The notes under the pieces are model-generated. The model made no database searches. It saw nothing but the letters and a program-made list of their open reading frames with translations, and was not told the origin of the DNA. Of a stretch of DNA of 64,000 nt, positions 43,310 to 61,783 are shown piece by piece. The stretch lies in the NCBI RefSeq assembly GCF_009914755.1, contig NC_060947.1; one strand, 5' to 3'. This DNA is from the human T2T-CHM13v2.0 reference genome, Homo sapiens. Both the position numbers and the translations under genes were made by a program. Numbering within the stretch: the first letter of the stretch is position 1; each line of letters begins with the position of its first letter.

Positions 43310-43730
43310 TGCTATAGTTTGGATGTTTTGTGCCCTCAAACCTAATGTTGGAGATGGGGACTAGTGGGAGGTTTTTGGGTCATGGGGGCAAATCTCTCAT
43401 GAATAGATTAACTCTCTTCCTTGGGGAAAAGAATGAGTGACTTCTCACTCTGCTAGTACCCATGAGAGCTGGTTATTAAAAAGAGCTTGGCACCTCCCCT
43501 CTCTTTTCCTTTTGTTTCTGCTCTTGCCATGTGATCTGTGCATACATTGGTTCTCCATTGCCTTCTGCCATGACTGGAAGTAGCCTGAGGCCCTCACCAG
43601 AAGCTGAGCAGATGGCGGTAGCATGCTTCTTGTCCAGCCTGAGGAATCGTGAACCAAATTAAACTCTTTAAGTTATAAATTACCCAGTATTAGGTATTCC
43701 TTTATAGCAACACTAAATGGACTATGATAC
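43310..43730 (+). mobile_element. MaLR solo LTR (MSTB-like)
   Basis: 'tgctatagtttggatgtt...gtgggaggtttttgggtcatgggggc...ccttctgccatgactggaagtagcctgaggccctcaccagaagc...ttatagcaacactaaatggact'. Confidence 0.88.
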
Positions 43731-44598
43731 CAACCAATTAAATACCATAGAGCACTAGAAAAGATTGAGGGAATCCTTTACACACTAATATATAATAATC
43801 TCAAAGATATATATTTTACTGATAAAAGGAAAGAACATTATATATAATTTAGCATTTATATAAAATTAGGGAAAACATTAACTTAGACTTGATTATAGTC
43901 ATAGCATATTTCTGTATTTCTAAAAAGAAGGAAACTGGTAACCTTATATACCTCTACTAAGGGGAAGTAGATTATTGGTGTATAGGAGTGGAAGAAACTA
44001 TATAATTTATTTGTGACTTATAAATTTTAAATCATGTGGCCATATTCTTCAAGCAAAAAATAAAATATAAAAATCAAAGAGTTGGTAGAACCCCGTATAT
44101 ATTTTTTTCAATTTTTAATAAGATCAAAATTTTGTACCATGGGATAGAGGCTGTATTCCAAATACTAAAGGTAAAATACAACTACTACATTAATCATAAT
44201 GTTGATTATTTTCATTGGTAGAGTAAGATAATTATTAATGCAATACGAAGCAAAAGTAAAGCAATTAGAATGAATGACATTCTTAAAATTTTGCTTTAAA
44301 TGCATTAAAATTTGAAATATAGACTTTGAGTTTCAAGAGACAAATGATTTTTACAAATGGGAGGAAATGGGGATAAATACATGAAAATACAGATCATCCA
44401 TTTGCCCTGTGAACATTTTCACCCTTATATTAAATAGCATGGAGTCTTATATTCAGGATTTGGAATTGAACTTGCGTCTACTAACACTAATGTTCAGTGT
44501 AAGTATACACTATATGTTGAAGGTTAGGTTTTCACTCTTGTATTTATAAAGTATGATCAAAGCCCCAAAAAGAATTTCTAAAATTTTAAATATCCATA

Positions 44599-44957
44599 TG
44601 TATTAGTCTGTTCTGACGCTGCTGATAAAGACATACCTGAGACTGGGCAATTTACAAAAAAAAAAGAGGGTTAATTGGACTTACAGTTCCATGTGGCTGG
44701 GGAAGCCTCCCAATCACGGCAGAAGGCAAGGAGGAGCAACTTATGTCTTACATGGATGGCAGCAGGCAAGGAGAGAGGGCTTGAGCAGGGAAACTCCCCC
44801 TTAAAGAACCATCAGATCTCGTGAGACTTATTCACTATCATGAGAACAGCATGGGAAAGACTTGCCCCCATGATTTAATCACCATCCACTAGGTTTCTCC
44901 CACAAAATGTGGGAATTCAAGATGAGATTTGGGTGGGGACACAGCCAAACCATATCA
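44599..44957 (-). mobile_element. THE1 (THE1A-like) solo LTR
   Basis: 'tgtattagtctgttct...gacacagccaaaccatatca', with a perfect 5-bp TSD ccata (44594-44598 / 44958-44962). Confidence 0.95.
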
Positions 44958-45189
44958 CCATATAACAAGTGATATAACTTTGTCTTTAGATAACCCAGTA
45001 AGTTTTCTAAATTGTGTGTGTATATGTGTGTGTGTGTGATTTTAAATGTCTAATGCCTGGGAAACATACAACAATAATTAATCTATTCTGTACTTCAACG
45101 GAGGGGGATCCTACAATATAAGGCAAAATTATTACACCTTATGATATTCCTCCATTTAAATGTCTTCAGCACAATAGAGCAATAAAGAA

Positions 45190-45314
45190 AATGTCTTGTA
45201 AGCAATGTAAATTTTCAGGCCCCACTCCCTGACCTACTGAATTAGTGACTCTGGGAGCAGTAGAAATAAGTATTTTAACAAGACTTCCCAGTGATTACAG
45301 TTTGAAAACTACCA
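45190..45314. mobile_element. MER5-family fragment
   Basis: 'aattttcaggccccactccctgacctactgaattagtgactctggg...ttttaacaag...agtttgaaaactacc'. Confidence 0.7.
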
Positions 45315-45469
45315 TTTTAATTTAATGGGAAGAATCAGTATTAAGTATCACCTAAGACAATATTATTTTTTGGCATGAGACCAAACTAAAATAATAAATA
45401 TCTCTTCAAAACTTTATTGCCAAGTTTGAAATATGATGTTTGAATTGAAACTATATATCTGTATCACAT

Positions 45470-45511
45470 AAATTAATTATATATATATTATTTATTATAT
45501 AAACACACATG

Positions 45512-45543
<32 letters not shown>
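45470..45543. repeat. (TA)n and AT-rich tract
   Basis: Read directly. Confidence 0.8.
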
Positions 45544-45548
<5 letters not shown>

Positions 45549-46282
45549 CATAGGCTATTTTAGAAGCAGAAGTTCTCTAACCTGGAGTCTATATATTTCC
45601 ATATAACTATTTTTCTCTACAATTTTATGTATAATAGTTTATGCACTAAAGTCACCCTATTTTGAATATTTGTTCAAATTGTGGAGATCAATTACCATGG
45701 AATGCACACTGAGGCATACGATGAGGCATTCAAGAAAATTGAGACTTCTAAAATCTACCACGGTTTTGGAATCCAACACAGCTATGTCCAATGCCTCTTT
45801 AATCAATAATAATTTTAAAACACCATCTCTTCGTTTGAAAGAAGCAATTTACCTTCATCATGCTTCACACATACACAAACACACACACACATACACGTGT
45901 GCATAAGTTTCTTTAAAAATTTTAACTATGAAGACTAATAAATACTAAAATATTATAGCATGATATTTAAAATAGGGGCATTTTAAAAAGAGATATTTAT
46001 CAGGTTCCTCTTTTTCATACTAAATTACTATTGAAATGTTCTCTCATTTCTATCTCTGCAATTTATTTTAACCCAGTCATCTCTCTTTTATTCTTTCCTA
46101 AACTTTTTGCACTTTACACAGAGTGTTTCTTTTCTCATTATCTGAAATCCCTGATCCCTGTGTCAACGCACTCCTAAATTATTCTAAACCATCTAAATGA
46201 CTTCCTTAATCACAGGTCTGGTCCTGGTTTTCGTGGGTTCTTCATTAGTTCCTAGCTATTTATGGAATAGAGGTAACAATCA

Positions 46283-46420
46283 TGCTTTTAGATATGGAAG
46301 GGACTTTATTCAATCTGCTTCATTTTACATGAAACTGAGACCCAGATAGGTTACAAAAGTTCCTGGGGTCAACTCAACAAATTATTGTTAGGGGAGCACT
46401 AGAGCACTCAGTCAACTGAT
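46283..46420 (-). mobile_element. MIR (MIR3/MIRc-like)
   Basis: 'ggaagggacttt...cttcattttacatgaaactgagacccagataggtta'. Confidence 0.6.
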
Positions 46421-46439
46421 CTCAATTGGCAATAGCATC

Positions 46440-47272
<833 letters not shown>

Positions 47273-50061
47273 CAAAGCACTTTCTCCAATTTTAATGAAC
47301 ATAATTGATATAGTACAGCTATATTGTCTAAAACTGGGAGGTTCTTATATACTTTTGGGGACTACTGAATAGTGCTCAGGTACGATGATTTTTTAGGATT
47401 TTGGAGAGCTCTTCTGAAAGTGTTCTATCCATAAAAATCTTGCTACTTAACATTATAAAATAATCTGTAATAAACACTATATCAAAGCATTACCAAAAAA
47501 ATTCTGAAGCTGAAGCTTAGGACAAACTCACTTTAGAATATATTTACCTGTGATCTTGAAGTACCACCTGGTTTACCTTTAAAATTAACATTGTTTTCTT
47601 GTGTGGAGTCAGGGTAAGGGCTGGTGGACACCATCGCAAAACACAGCGTTGTTGCTGGAAAAATTGGTTCTCTATTCTAACAACTAAATATTACAACAAA
47701 GAACAAACTCAACTTCAACAAAATGTAGGCTGAATTTAATAACTCAGATGATCAAGTTCAGAGTCAGAATGGGAGGGCATAGATACAAGGAGTGGAAAAA
47801 TTCCTGACAATTTTTTCTTGGTATCTAATAGGAGCTCTGTCTCCTGTATAAATTTTTATTCCTATGATTTTGTAGAGGTTCTGTTCTTCTAACCAAATTC
47901 AGATGAAGGCAATAGTTGAATCAAGGCAGGTTTGCTCAAGAGTACTCTTCTCTATATTACATTTTTAAATGTTGCATATATTATATCTTATATTATGTTC
48001 CATATCATTTTTAAAATTTTACTTATACCTTTTACAGGCTCATTAGTGATATTACCCATGTATTCCCATCCCCAGTAAAACAAAATTAATTGTAATGAGT
48101 AAGACTTGTATACATTATACAAGTAAAAAATTAATAGGAAATAGAGTTTTGTAAGCAATATGGTGGAATAGGAAGGCCCAGACCCTCATTTCTCCCATGG
48201 AGACACTAATTCAACAACAGTACATGAAACCAATTTTCTGTGTAAGAAATCCAGAAACTAGTTAAGAGATTTCTGCAACCCAGAAGAACATGAAACAAAA
48301 CATGTGGCACCCTGTCATCATAGCCCCTCCCTTCATTATAGTACCACATGGTCAAAAAGAAACTCCTAGCTCCAGATTCTCCTTGAGGAAGGAAAGAGAA
48401 AACTTGACACTATCTTCTTATGTTATGACTTTTCAGGGGTCTGTCAAAGGGACTGGTGGCTGTTTCATCGGTCTTAGAGCAATGAAGCGACCCAGCATAT
48501 TCTAGATGCTTGGAGGTTGTTGAGAACCGAAAAGAAACTGGTGATATGTTGCTTCTCCAGAGGAACACTGGTACAGCTGACAGGGTGATACAGCTCAGAA
48601 GCATTTTCCTTAGAAAGAAGGAGAAGACTGGAGCATGTGCACAACACTGTAGCTTTTCAGGAGGCTGCCGGAAAGGCTGATTTCTGTCTTGCCTGTCTTA
48701 GAACGCACACAGGACCTGGACTACTCTAAATGCCTAGGGGCTGCTGAGACTTGAAAAGAGCTGGGTGGTGTGCCGCTGCCTTAGTGGACCTGCAGTACAG
48801 CAAATAGACACCAGAGGGAGCACGAGATTACAAGCTCTTGAAATACGAATTCTGCAAATTGCTCTAAAGGAATCTACATGCGCAGAGAAGATACATCCAC
48901 AGGAGAGGTCTGACAAGCCCCCAGAATTTCTAGTTGGGTGATTGGTGAAGGTTTTCCCTGTACAAAGCCAGTTTGTAAATAATGTTAGAGGTGTTTGCTT
49001 TTTTCAAATGCAAGGATAACAACACAAAGTTGTGAAGAATATAAAGAGGGAAAACGGCTCAACCAAGAAACAAAATGAATCTACAGAAATTGATCCTAAA
49101 GAGACAGAGGTATAAGATTACCAAACAAATAACTCAGAATAATCGTCATAAAGATGCTCAATGAAGTCCAGAAAATGATTCATCAACAAAATAAAATTTA
49201 AACCAAGAGATAAAAGGTATTTTTTAAATCAGTAATTTTACAGCTGAAAAATGCAAAAATTGAACTGAAAAAATTAGTAGAGGGGCTAAATAGAAGACTT
49301 GATTAAGTAGAATAGAAACAATGAGTAAACTTGTAGATAAGTCATTTGAAATGATCCAGTCAGAACTTGAAGACAGGTCATTTGAGAAAAAAAAAAACAG
49401 AAAAGAAGAAGGAAAAATAGGGAAGAAAGCCTAAGGAGCTTATGGGACACCATTAAACACACCAAAATATGAATTATGGGTGTCTCAGAAAGAGAAAAGA
49501 GAGAGAAGGGAAAGAAAGCTTACATAAAGAAAATATGATTGAAAACTGCCAAAATCTGGAGAAGAAAATAAACATCAGATTCAAGAAGTCCAATAAATTT
49601 CATATAGGATGAAACCCAAAAGACCACAACAAGGTACATTATAATCACATTGTCAAAACTTAAAGACAGAGAATTTTTAATGCAGCATCACTAAAGTAAT
49701 GGAGAAGGGAACCCCATAAGATAATTTGTGGATTTCTCAAAAGAAATCGTATAGGGCAGAAAAGAGTGAGATGTTTTATTAAAGTGCGAATGACAAAAAC
49801 TGCCAACTATTGAAATGGTATCCAGCATAACTGTTGTTCAAAAATAAAGAAGAGAAAAAGACTTGACCAATAAAGAAAAGGTGAGCTAGTTCACCAACAC
49901 TAGACCTGCCTTGAAAGACCGCTAAATTGAATCCTGTAAGTTAAAATGAACAAATGCTAAACAGCAAGATGAAAGTATAAAGCTCACTGGTAAAGGTAAA
50001 TATACACACAAATGAGAATATTCTAATACTGTAAAGTTGGGGAATAAATCACATTTTAATA

Positions 50062-50135
50062 ATTTTTAAAAATAGTTTTAATTATCATGGATACATAATC
50101 ATTGTAATTATTTAAGGGGTACATGTGATATTTTT
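50062..50135 (-). mobile_element. Tiny L1MA-type 3'-end fragment, antisense within the L1
   Basis: 'tttttaattatcatggatacataatcattgtaattatttaaggggtacatgtgatattttt' resembles the L1MA 3' terminus read antisense. Confidence 0.6.
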
Positions 50136-52300
50136 GAAGTCCAAAGATAAGGTACAAAATAACAATAAATATAAAATACGTTAATGTATGCATAATAAAA
50201 AAGAATATTTGTGACGATAACATAAAATGGGTGGGGTATGTAGAAGAACAGAGTTCTTGTATGTGCTTGATGTTAAACTGTCATCATCTTAAAACAGGTT
50301 GTTTATAACTACACAATATTATGTGTAAGCCTCGTGGTAATCATAAAGAAAATACCTATAGAATATACACAAAGAAAAATAAGAAAATAAAAGCCTGTCT
50401 CTAAAAAAACAAACAAAAAACACAAAATACCCCCAAATACAAGGGAATGTAGCAAGAGAAGAAAGCAGGAACAAAAGAGCCACAAGACAGACAGAAAACA
50501 ACTAAACAGCAATAGTAAGCCTTTCCTTATCAATAATTACTTTAAATGTAAAAGACGTAAACTCACCAATCAAAATACACAGAGCAGCTGAATGAATTAA
50601 AACAACAGAAGAAGAAGACACTGCATACAAATGATTCACAATAGATTTAAGTACATATAGGCTGAAAGTGAAGGGATGGAAAAGATATTTCATGCAAATG
50701 GTAAAGAAAACAGAGCAGGAGTGGCCATACATTTATAAGAAGAAATAGACTTTAAGTTAAAAAATGGTCACAAGAGACAAAGAAGGACATTATATAATGA
50801 TAAAAGGTCAGTTATCTAAGAAGAAATAACATTAATAATTTTATATTTATATATATTTATGCACACACACATATAAATACATGTACCACACATACACACA
50901 CACGTACATATAAATACACACACCCAACACCAGAGCACTTAAATGTATAAAGCAAACACTGACAGAACTGAAGAAAGAAATAAGTTACAATAGTAAGACA
51001 TTTCATTAACCCACATTCAATAAAGGGTAGAACGACCATGCAGAAGATCTAGAAGGAAACATAGGACATAAGCAACACTATGGAGTAAATGGACCTAACA
51101 ATATATACACAACATTCACCAAACAGCAGCAGGATACATTCTCCTGAAGAGCACATGGAACATTCTCCAGGATAGATCCTAAGTTAGGCCACAGAAAAAG
51201 ACTTAACAAATTTAAGAAGATTGAAATCATACCAAGTTTTTTCCGAATAAATGGAATAAAATTAGAAATCAACAGAAGGAAGGAAAACTGGGAAATTCAC
51301 ACATATATGGAAATTAAATAACAGTTTTGAATAGCCAATGGATTAAAGCATAAATCAAAAGGGAAATTAGAAAATATGTTGAGACATATGAAAATAAAAA
51401 TACAACCTACCAAAACCTACGGGATGCAGTAAAAGCAGTACTAAGTGGGACTTTCATAGCAATAAATGACAACATTAAAATAATAGAAAATATCTCAAAT
51501 AAACAATCTAACTCTATACCTCAAATATTATAAAAAGAAGATCAACCTAAGCCAAAAATTAGTATAAGGAACAAAATACTTAATAAAGCTGAAATAAACA
51601 AAATGGAGAATAGAAAACTGACAGAAAAAAATTAAATTATCACAAGAGTTGTTTTTCTTAAAATATTAATAAAAGTAACTTCGAGCTAGACTTAAAAAAA
51701 AAAAACAGGCAGAAGACACAAAATCCAAAATGAGAGAGGAAACATTACAACCATTGCCCAGAAATATGAAAGAATCATAAGAGACTATTGTGAACAATTA
51801 TATACCAATAAATGAATAACTTGGAAGAAATAGATAAATTCATAGAACATACAAGCTACCAGACTGAATCATGAGGGAATGGAAAATGTAAACAGATAAG
51901 TTAGTAAGAAGATTGAATCAGAAATCCTAAAATTTCCAATAAAGAAAATCCCAGGACAAGATGGCTTCACTCCTGAATTCTACCAAACATTTAAGAATTA
52001 AAGCCGATCCTTCTCAAACTCTTCAAAAAATCGGAGAAAAGCAAACACTGCAAATTTGTCGTTGACTCCAGAACTTCCCTAATACCAAAGCCAGATGAAG
52101 ACCCTACAAGAAAACTACAGACCAATATCCCTAATGAATATACATCAAAAAAATCCTCATCAAAATACTAGCAATCAGAATTTAATCACATTAAAATGAC
52201 GACACATCATGACTACACGGGATTTTACGTGGGATGCAAGGATGAGTCAACATATGAAAGTCAATGAATATGACAAACCACATTAAGAGTACAAGGAATA

Positions 52301-52621
<321 letters not shown>

Positions 52622-53049
52622 TTATCTGAATATATGTTGAAAAAGCATTTGACAGAATTCAACATTGTTTCATGATAAAACACTCTCAGCAAACTAGAAA
52701 TAGGAGAAAATTACCTTACTCTAATACAAGCCATATATGAAAAAACCCACAGGTAACATCATATACAAAGGTGAAAATCGGAAAGCTTTTCCTCTGTCTT
52801 TAAGAACAAGGCAAAGGTACCCACTCTAACCACTTCTGTTCAACATAGGACTGAAAATCCTAGACAGAGCAATTAAGCAAGAGAAAGAAATAAAAGACAT
52901 CAAAATCAGAAAAAAAAAAAACAAGTAAAGTTGTCTGTTCTTGGATGACATGATCTTATATATAGAAAATGCTAAAGATTCTACACACAAGAAAACTCAG
53001 AAGTAATGAACAAATCCCGCAAAATTGATAGAAACAAAACCAACACTGA

Positions 53050-53383
<334 letters not shown>

Positions 53384-55791
53384 TAAACATCAGGTGTGTT
53401 TCTATATAGTAATGATGACTAATCAAAAAAAGGAAATTGAGAAAAATGACCTCATGTACATTAGTATCAAAAACAAAAAATACTTAATAAATTTAAGCAG
53501 GGAGATGAAAGATTTGCACACTGAAAACAACAAAACACTGACGAAAGAAATTGAAGAAGACACAAATAAATGGAAATAAATTCTGTGTTCATGGATTTGA
53601 AGACTGAATATTAAAATGTTCATACTACCCAAAACAATGTACAAATTCAATGCAGTCCTTATTACAATGAATAGCATTTTAAAAAGAAATAGGAAAAAAA
53701 AGACATATGAAACCACAAAGAACCCTGAATAGACACATTTTGAAAAAGAAGAACAAAATTAGAGGCCTCATATTTTATGGTTCCAAACATCATAAAACTA
53801 CAGTTATCAAAACAATATGGTAATGATGTAAAGATAGACCCATAGATCAATGGAACATAATAGACAGCCCACAGGTATACGTTCAACTCACGTTTGACAA
53901 GAGTGCCAAGACTACAGAATGTGGAAAGAATAATCCCTTTCCACATAAGAATAAACAGTGACAGGAATTGTGGATATTCACATGCAAACTAACGATTTTG
54001 AACTATGGTGTTGCATTGTACACAAATATTAAATCAAAATGGATTAAAGAATTAAACATAAGACCTGAAATTGTAGAACTCCTAGTAGAAACCTAGGGGG
54101 AAGGTGTCAAGCCATTGGTCTTGGCAATGATTTCTTGCATGTGATATCAAAATCACAGGCAATAAAACCAAAAATAGACAAATAGGACTACATCAAATTA
54201 AAAAGCTTCTGCCCAGCAAAGGAAACACTCAACAGAGGAAAGGCAGTCTTTGGAATGGGAGAAAATATTTGCAAACTATATATCTGATAAGGACTTAATA
54301 TGCAAATTTTATAGGCAACTCTTTCAACTCAATAGCAAAAAAAGGAAGAAAAAGAAAAAGAAAGAAAGAAAAGAAAAGAAAAGATTAAAAAGTGGGCAAA
54401 GGACTTGAGTAGACACTTCTCCAAAGAAGACATAAAAATGGTCACCAGGTGTAGGAAAGGGTGCTCAACACCAGGAATCATCCAGGAAATACAGGTCAAA
54501 GTCACAATGAACTATCATCTCACACCTTTTAGGATGGCCATTGTAAAACAAAAACAAAATTCAACTGTTGGCAAAGATGTGGAGAAACTGCAGCCATTAC
54601 ACACTGTTGGTGGGAATGTAAAATGATACAGCTCTTATAGAAAAACAGTACGGATATCCCCAAAAAGATAAAAAGAGAACTATAATGTGGTCCAGCAATG
54701 GCACATATGGGCAGTGTTCCAAAAGAATTTAAATTGGGATCTTGAAGTGATCCCTGCACTTCCATGTTCATTGCAGCATTATTCATAGTAGTCAAGAGGT
54801 GGAAATAACTTAAATGTCTATGGACCAATAAACGGATAAAGAACACATGGTATATACATACAATGGAATATTATCCAGCCATAACAGGAAGAAAATCTTG
54901 TCATATGCTACAACATTCATGAATTTTGAGGAAATTATGCTAAGTGAAATAAGCCAGACACAGAAATGCAAATACTGCATGATTCCATTTATATGAAGTA
55001 CCTAAAATAGTCAAACTCAATGAAGGAGAAAGTAGAATTGTGGTTGCTATGGGCCAGGGGAGGGGAAATCAGGAGTTGCTTTTCAAAGGGTATAAAGTTT
55101 CAGTCAAGCAAAATAAAAATGTTATAGAAATCAGCTGTGCAATATTGTGTTTATAGTTAACAAGACTGTACTGTGTGTATAAAAATTTGTAAAGTGAGTA
55201 GATCTCATATGCTTAACACAATAAAAATATTTAAAAAATAATAGGAAATAAAGCCCAGTAATAGCCTTACTACTAAAATAAGTGGTAGCATGTGCCTGTC
55301 ATGCGTGCCTGTCACATCTTCTTCTACCCTAAGACTTTGGTTAGTATAAAAAAATTCAACTTCTACAGTAACAGATCTTTCTCTGGGAAGTTCATTTTAG
55401 CCATTTCCTCATAAATCCCAAACAAGTATTCTTTCTAGTTCACTGACACTTCAGTGATGATGGCAAACAGATGAAACTCAGCACTTAAAAAATTAGATGT
55501 GTGGAAACACAATTAAAGTGATAGTCATTGACTACAATAATAAATAATGTTAAGTATCACAACTTCACCTAAAACAAGTGTGTGTTCTTGCAGATGCCTA
55601 AGAAGGTTTAACATGAGTTGCTCCCCAAAATAAAAAATTTTTAAAAAAGAGTGACTCCTTCTCCTTTCTCTTGAGAGAGTCTTAGAGTTATGACAGTGTC
55701 GTCAGCCACCTTTTCTTCCTGTTTAAATGACTGGCAAGGATCAGATGCTCACTACAGAATCGTGTTATTTTTCAAATAAAATCTAAAACTA

Positions 55792-58118
<2,327 letters not shown>

Positions 58119-58956
58119 AAAAATGCTACATGATAGGAATGAAAATCGGTTGATATAGGGTGATCACAAATTACTAATTTTTACTTTTACCATTCTGTTT
58201 TCCCCTCCTATTGTAGTAGCATTTTTTGTATTACAAATGGAAAGTAGAAGGTAATAATATTCCTGAAACAAAACATAGTGAAAATCATCTGAAGAATAAA
58301 CAAAACGAAGAGAAAAAAATAAAGACAATGCCACAAGTAGTCGAAATTAAACAGGAGTCCTTGAAGGTGTATATATTTTTGAAGATATTTTTCATAATGT
58401 GCTTAAACTTAATTGGGGAGGTAGTGTGGTGCAGAGGAAAGAATGCACACTGCAGAATCTTGCCATTTTCTATCTGTCAGACCTTAGACAATCCAACTAA
58501 TTTTCATATCTTCACAGAATAGGAATATTGTCAACCACAAAATAGGAATATTCTCAGCTAATGTATCAGCTTGCTGTGAGAATTACAGATTATTTTGTGT
58601 ATTGGCCACCTGCTGATATATATGTGTCTCAGAAATACAGAATTAAAAATGTGTAATTGTTCAGTAAATTATAGCCAATATTATGGTCACAGTCACGATT
58701 TATTGTTTGGGTGAAGAGACTTTTGCCCATTAACAGTCTTTCCTGTCCTCACTTTCTACATGTTCCCTAAACCTACAAAAGACCCTTTGTTTCTTCAGTA
58801 GCTAAAAGCTGTCAACATTTGAAGAAACGTTTGTCACTTCTCTTGGCTCTCCTATTACATAACCTCTCTCAGTCTTGGTATGTAGCTATACGCAGTACAT
58901 CCAAGTAATCCTGACTGACTTTAATACTCTCTCACTTGTCTGTCTTTATTAACTCT

Positions 58957-60197
58957 CAGGGGAAGATGTCTGGTTTGTATGGCCTAAAATTTATACAGTT
59001 TGTTCTTTTTAAAAAAAGAAATATAAAATTTTGAATACAAAATTACATGGAGAATGTTTCTTTATACTGTGAAAGGTGATCACAACAAATTTGAAAAAAC
59101 TGACATATACCTTCAAAAAACAGTCCCAAAAAACATTTTTATTAATGACTGCTCAAAACACCGTTCTCCCTACAATTTTGGCTGCATATTTCTGATCCTC
59201 TTTTAATATGACAGAGATTGTTATTCTGTCTAGAGATAATGAGGACTAATTCTTTCTATTAGCATAGTGTGTTTTGTTAATAAATGGTATAAACAGGTTT
59301 TGTCAGGTTTACAACTCATACTGATAGTGTTATTTAATGTTTAGGTTTTTTTTTTAATTTGAGGAACCTCTTTTATATGAATTGTAAGAATTCAGTGTAC
59401 TTTAAGTTTTCTTCTTCCAAAGGTAATCCTAAATATTATTGCAAATAATGATGCTCATTAGCCAATTTGCTGTCAATAACTCATTTCGGTGGCATAATGT
59501 TCTATGTTATCTTTGTTGATGTCAACATTCCTAATTAAACTGGCAAGAAATTTAATTACATTTCAATACAGTTCATATAACTCACTCCTCTTCATTAATT
59601 GACTCATCAGACAAATACAAGAGCCTGTTCATTACTTCTAATAGAACTTTATCTCTTCCTGTTATTACTATTTTGATTTATGATCTAAATTTTAATTACT
59701 TTGTTATATTGTCTTGTTTCATTATTTCTTGATGTCATAATTATTTCTATTAATCCCATTGACCTTTATTATTTTCATTTCATCTTGCATTCGACAATTG
59801 TTTGATTTTTCTCTAACATGTTTTGTTTTAAAGATGGATAAAACAAGAGAAGATAAAATTCATGTATTTCAAATCAGGAACCTATTGTTTATCCTTGTTT
59901 TATTAAGACTTTTCAAAATAAAACTCTTTCAAATTGCAGATAAAATGACATACACCCAGATCTACTACTCGTTAGCTATATCTTCAACATGTGCATAGTC
60001 CTCCAATATAATTGGAAGTAGGTATGTGTGCCGGAGGATTCATGATAGAAAGAGATAGTTGTCTTAACAGGGTGTCATGATGTATTGTTTTTGTGTCTTT
60101 TACAAAATTATATGAGCACAAAAACATTTTGCTAGGAACTCTTCCAGTTTTCAACGTTTAAGCTTGATTCCTTAGTTTCAGGGTAAATTTGTCTCTA
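58957..60197. mobile_element. hAT-Blackjack family (MER63/BLACKJACK-like) DNA transposon remnant
   Basis: Left end 'caggggaagatgtctggtttgtatggcctaaaatttatacagttt...aaagaaatataaaattttgaatacaaaatta' and right end 'aagcttgattccttagtttcagggtaaatttgtctct' resemble remembered MER63 termini. Confidence 0.55.
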
Positions 60198-60468
60198 TCA
60201 TTAAGACTTTAAAGGTGCCCCTATATCTTACATCCTAAGATAATGTGCCTTTTCTGTTGTGCAAACTTTTAAAGCCTTCTTTCAGTCCTTTTCGTCATAG
60301 CCAAACTTTCCTAGACAATAGTTTTCTAATTCATTACAATGTCTTCTGATCCTGATTCTACATATTAAACATATGAATTTTAACAAAAATCTCTTCCTTA
60401 GAAAATACAATATACTCTTTTTCTTTTCATGTTCTATAATGATGTTTTAGCATTTTCTCTTTAGTTGG

Positions 60469-60849
60469 TGTTACTGGACTGAATATTTGTGTTCCCCAAA
60501 ATTTAGATGTTGAAATCCTAATTGCTAAGCTGATGGTATTAGGTCGTGGGACCTTTGAGAGGTGATTAGGTCATGAGGATAGAACCCACATGAATGAGAT
60601 TAGTTCTCTTATAAAACAGACCCTCCCCTGCCCCCAGAGCCCTCTTTCTTTTTCCCATCACCATGTGAAGATAGAAGAAGTTGGCAGTCTGCAACACGGA
60701 TGAGAGCCATCACTCAAACTTGACCATGCTGGCATTGTAATCTTGGATTTCTAGCACTCTCACCTTGGATGTCCAGCGATAAATAAGTGTTTGCATTTAA
60801 GTCACTGAATCTATGGTAATTTTTTACAGCAACCAAACTGAATAACACA
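60469..60849 (+). mobile_element. MaLR solo LTR (MLT1A-like)
   Basis: 'tgttactggactgaatatttgtgttccccaaaatttagatgttgaaatcctaa...gaggtgattaggtcatgagg...ctgaataacaca'. Confidence 0.88.
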
Positions 60850-60854
60850 GTGGT

Positions 60855-61260
60855 CATTTTCTTCTTAAAATTCTGTCTTCCTTTTGCTTTCTTTACTTCC
60901 CTATTTTCCTTCTGGTCATTTCTTCTTGGTTACATTTATGGACTTTTCTTCTGCTGCTTTTCTTAAATGTATCTCTCAAGTCTTTTTTTTCCTTGGTCTT
61001 GTCTTTTCCTCACTCAAAGATCTCTCCCCATCCACACTTATTGCTTTAAGTACTGTTATTTTTGGAGAAATCCCTGAATTATACTTCTAACCCGTACTAT
61101 TAGCTCCAGCCAATTTCCCATCAGGTATTCAAAACTCAGAAAATCCCCAGATGAATTATTCTCTTAATAGCTTCTTCCTTATTTTGTGTCACAGTGAACT
61201 ACATTATCATTTAAAAATGTGTTCCAATATGGAAATAACTTTGTATTATTTCCTTCAGCC
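60855..61260 (+). mobile_element. Probable L2 fragment
   Basis: Pyrimidine-rich L2-like body. Weak match. Confidence 0.4.
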
Positions 61261-61631
61261 ATCATTTTTGGGGTAAGGGGTCCATAAAAACATCTCTATT
61301 CAAAGGCATAAAGATCCTTCTCTCCTGGTCAATTGAAAAAGAAATATGTTTGAGAATTTATATTGGGACTAATTTCTTCTTATTTATGTGAATTAACTTT
61401 CACTATCATACACTGAGTGAAATCAAAATTTTCAACAAAAATCAGAGGAATAGTTTTAAGCAAAAGGATACTTTCTAAAATAACGCATAAGTTCCCTATC
61501 AGCTATATCCAGCACTGAGCTGACAGTCATAGGCCTTCTTGAAATGCACCTGATCTATCATGGCTGCAATAATCACAGGCCTTGCATAAATCCTCTAAGA
61601 GGAGCCAGGAAATGAATAAGATGTCCATGCT

Positions 61632-61783
61632 CTATTTATAGCATACAAAGGTCAAGTTTCTAGCTTCACTGTTTATTTATCCAGTTTCTTACTGGCTGCC
61701 ACAGATCTTCAGCTGGGAACTCACAGAGGACAGTAGCCATGGTCGGTACTCAATCGGAAAAATTAACTGGAGTTCAGGTAATG
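61632..61783 (+). other. Candidate exon or regulatory cassette of unknown identity
   Basis: MEF2-type CTATTTATAG (61632-61641), acceptor-like tttatttatccag (ends 61684), gccATGg (61739) and donor CAG|GTAATG (61777/61778). No protein recognised. Confidence 0.25.
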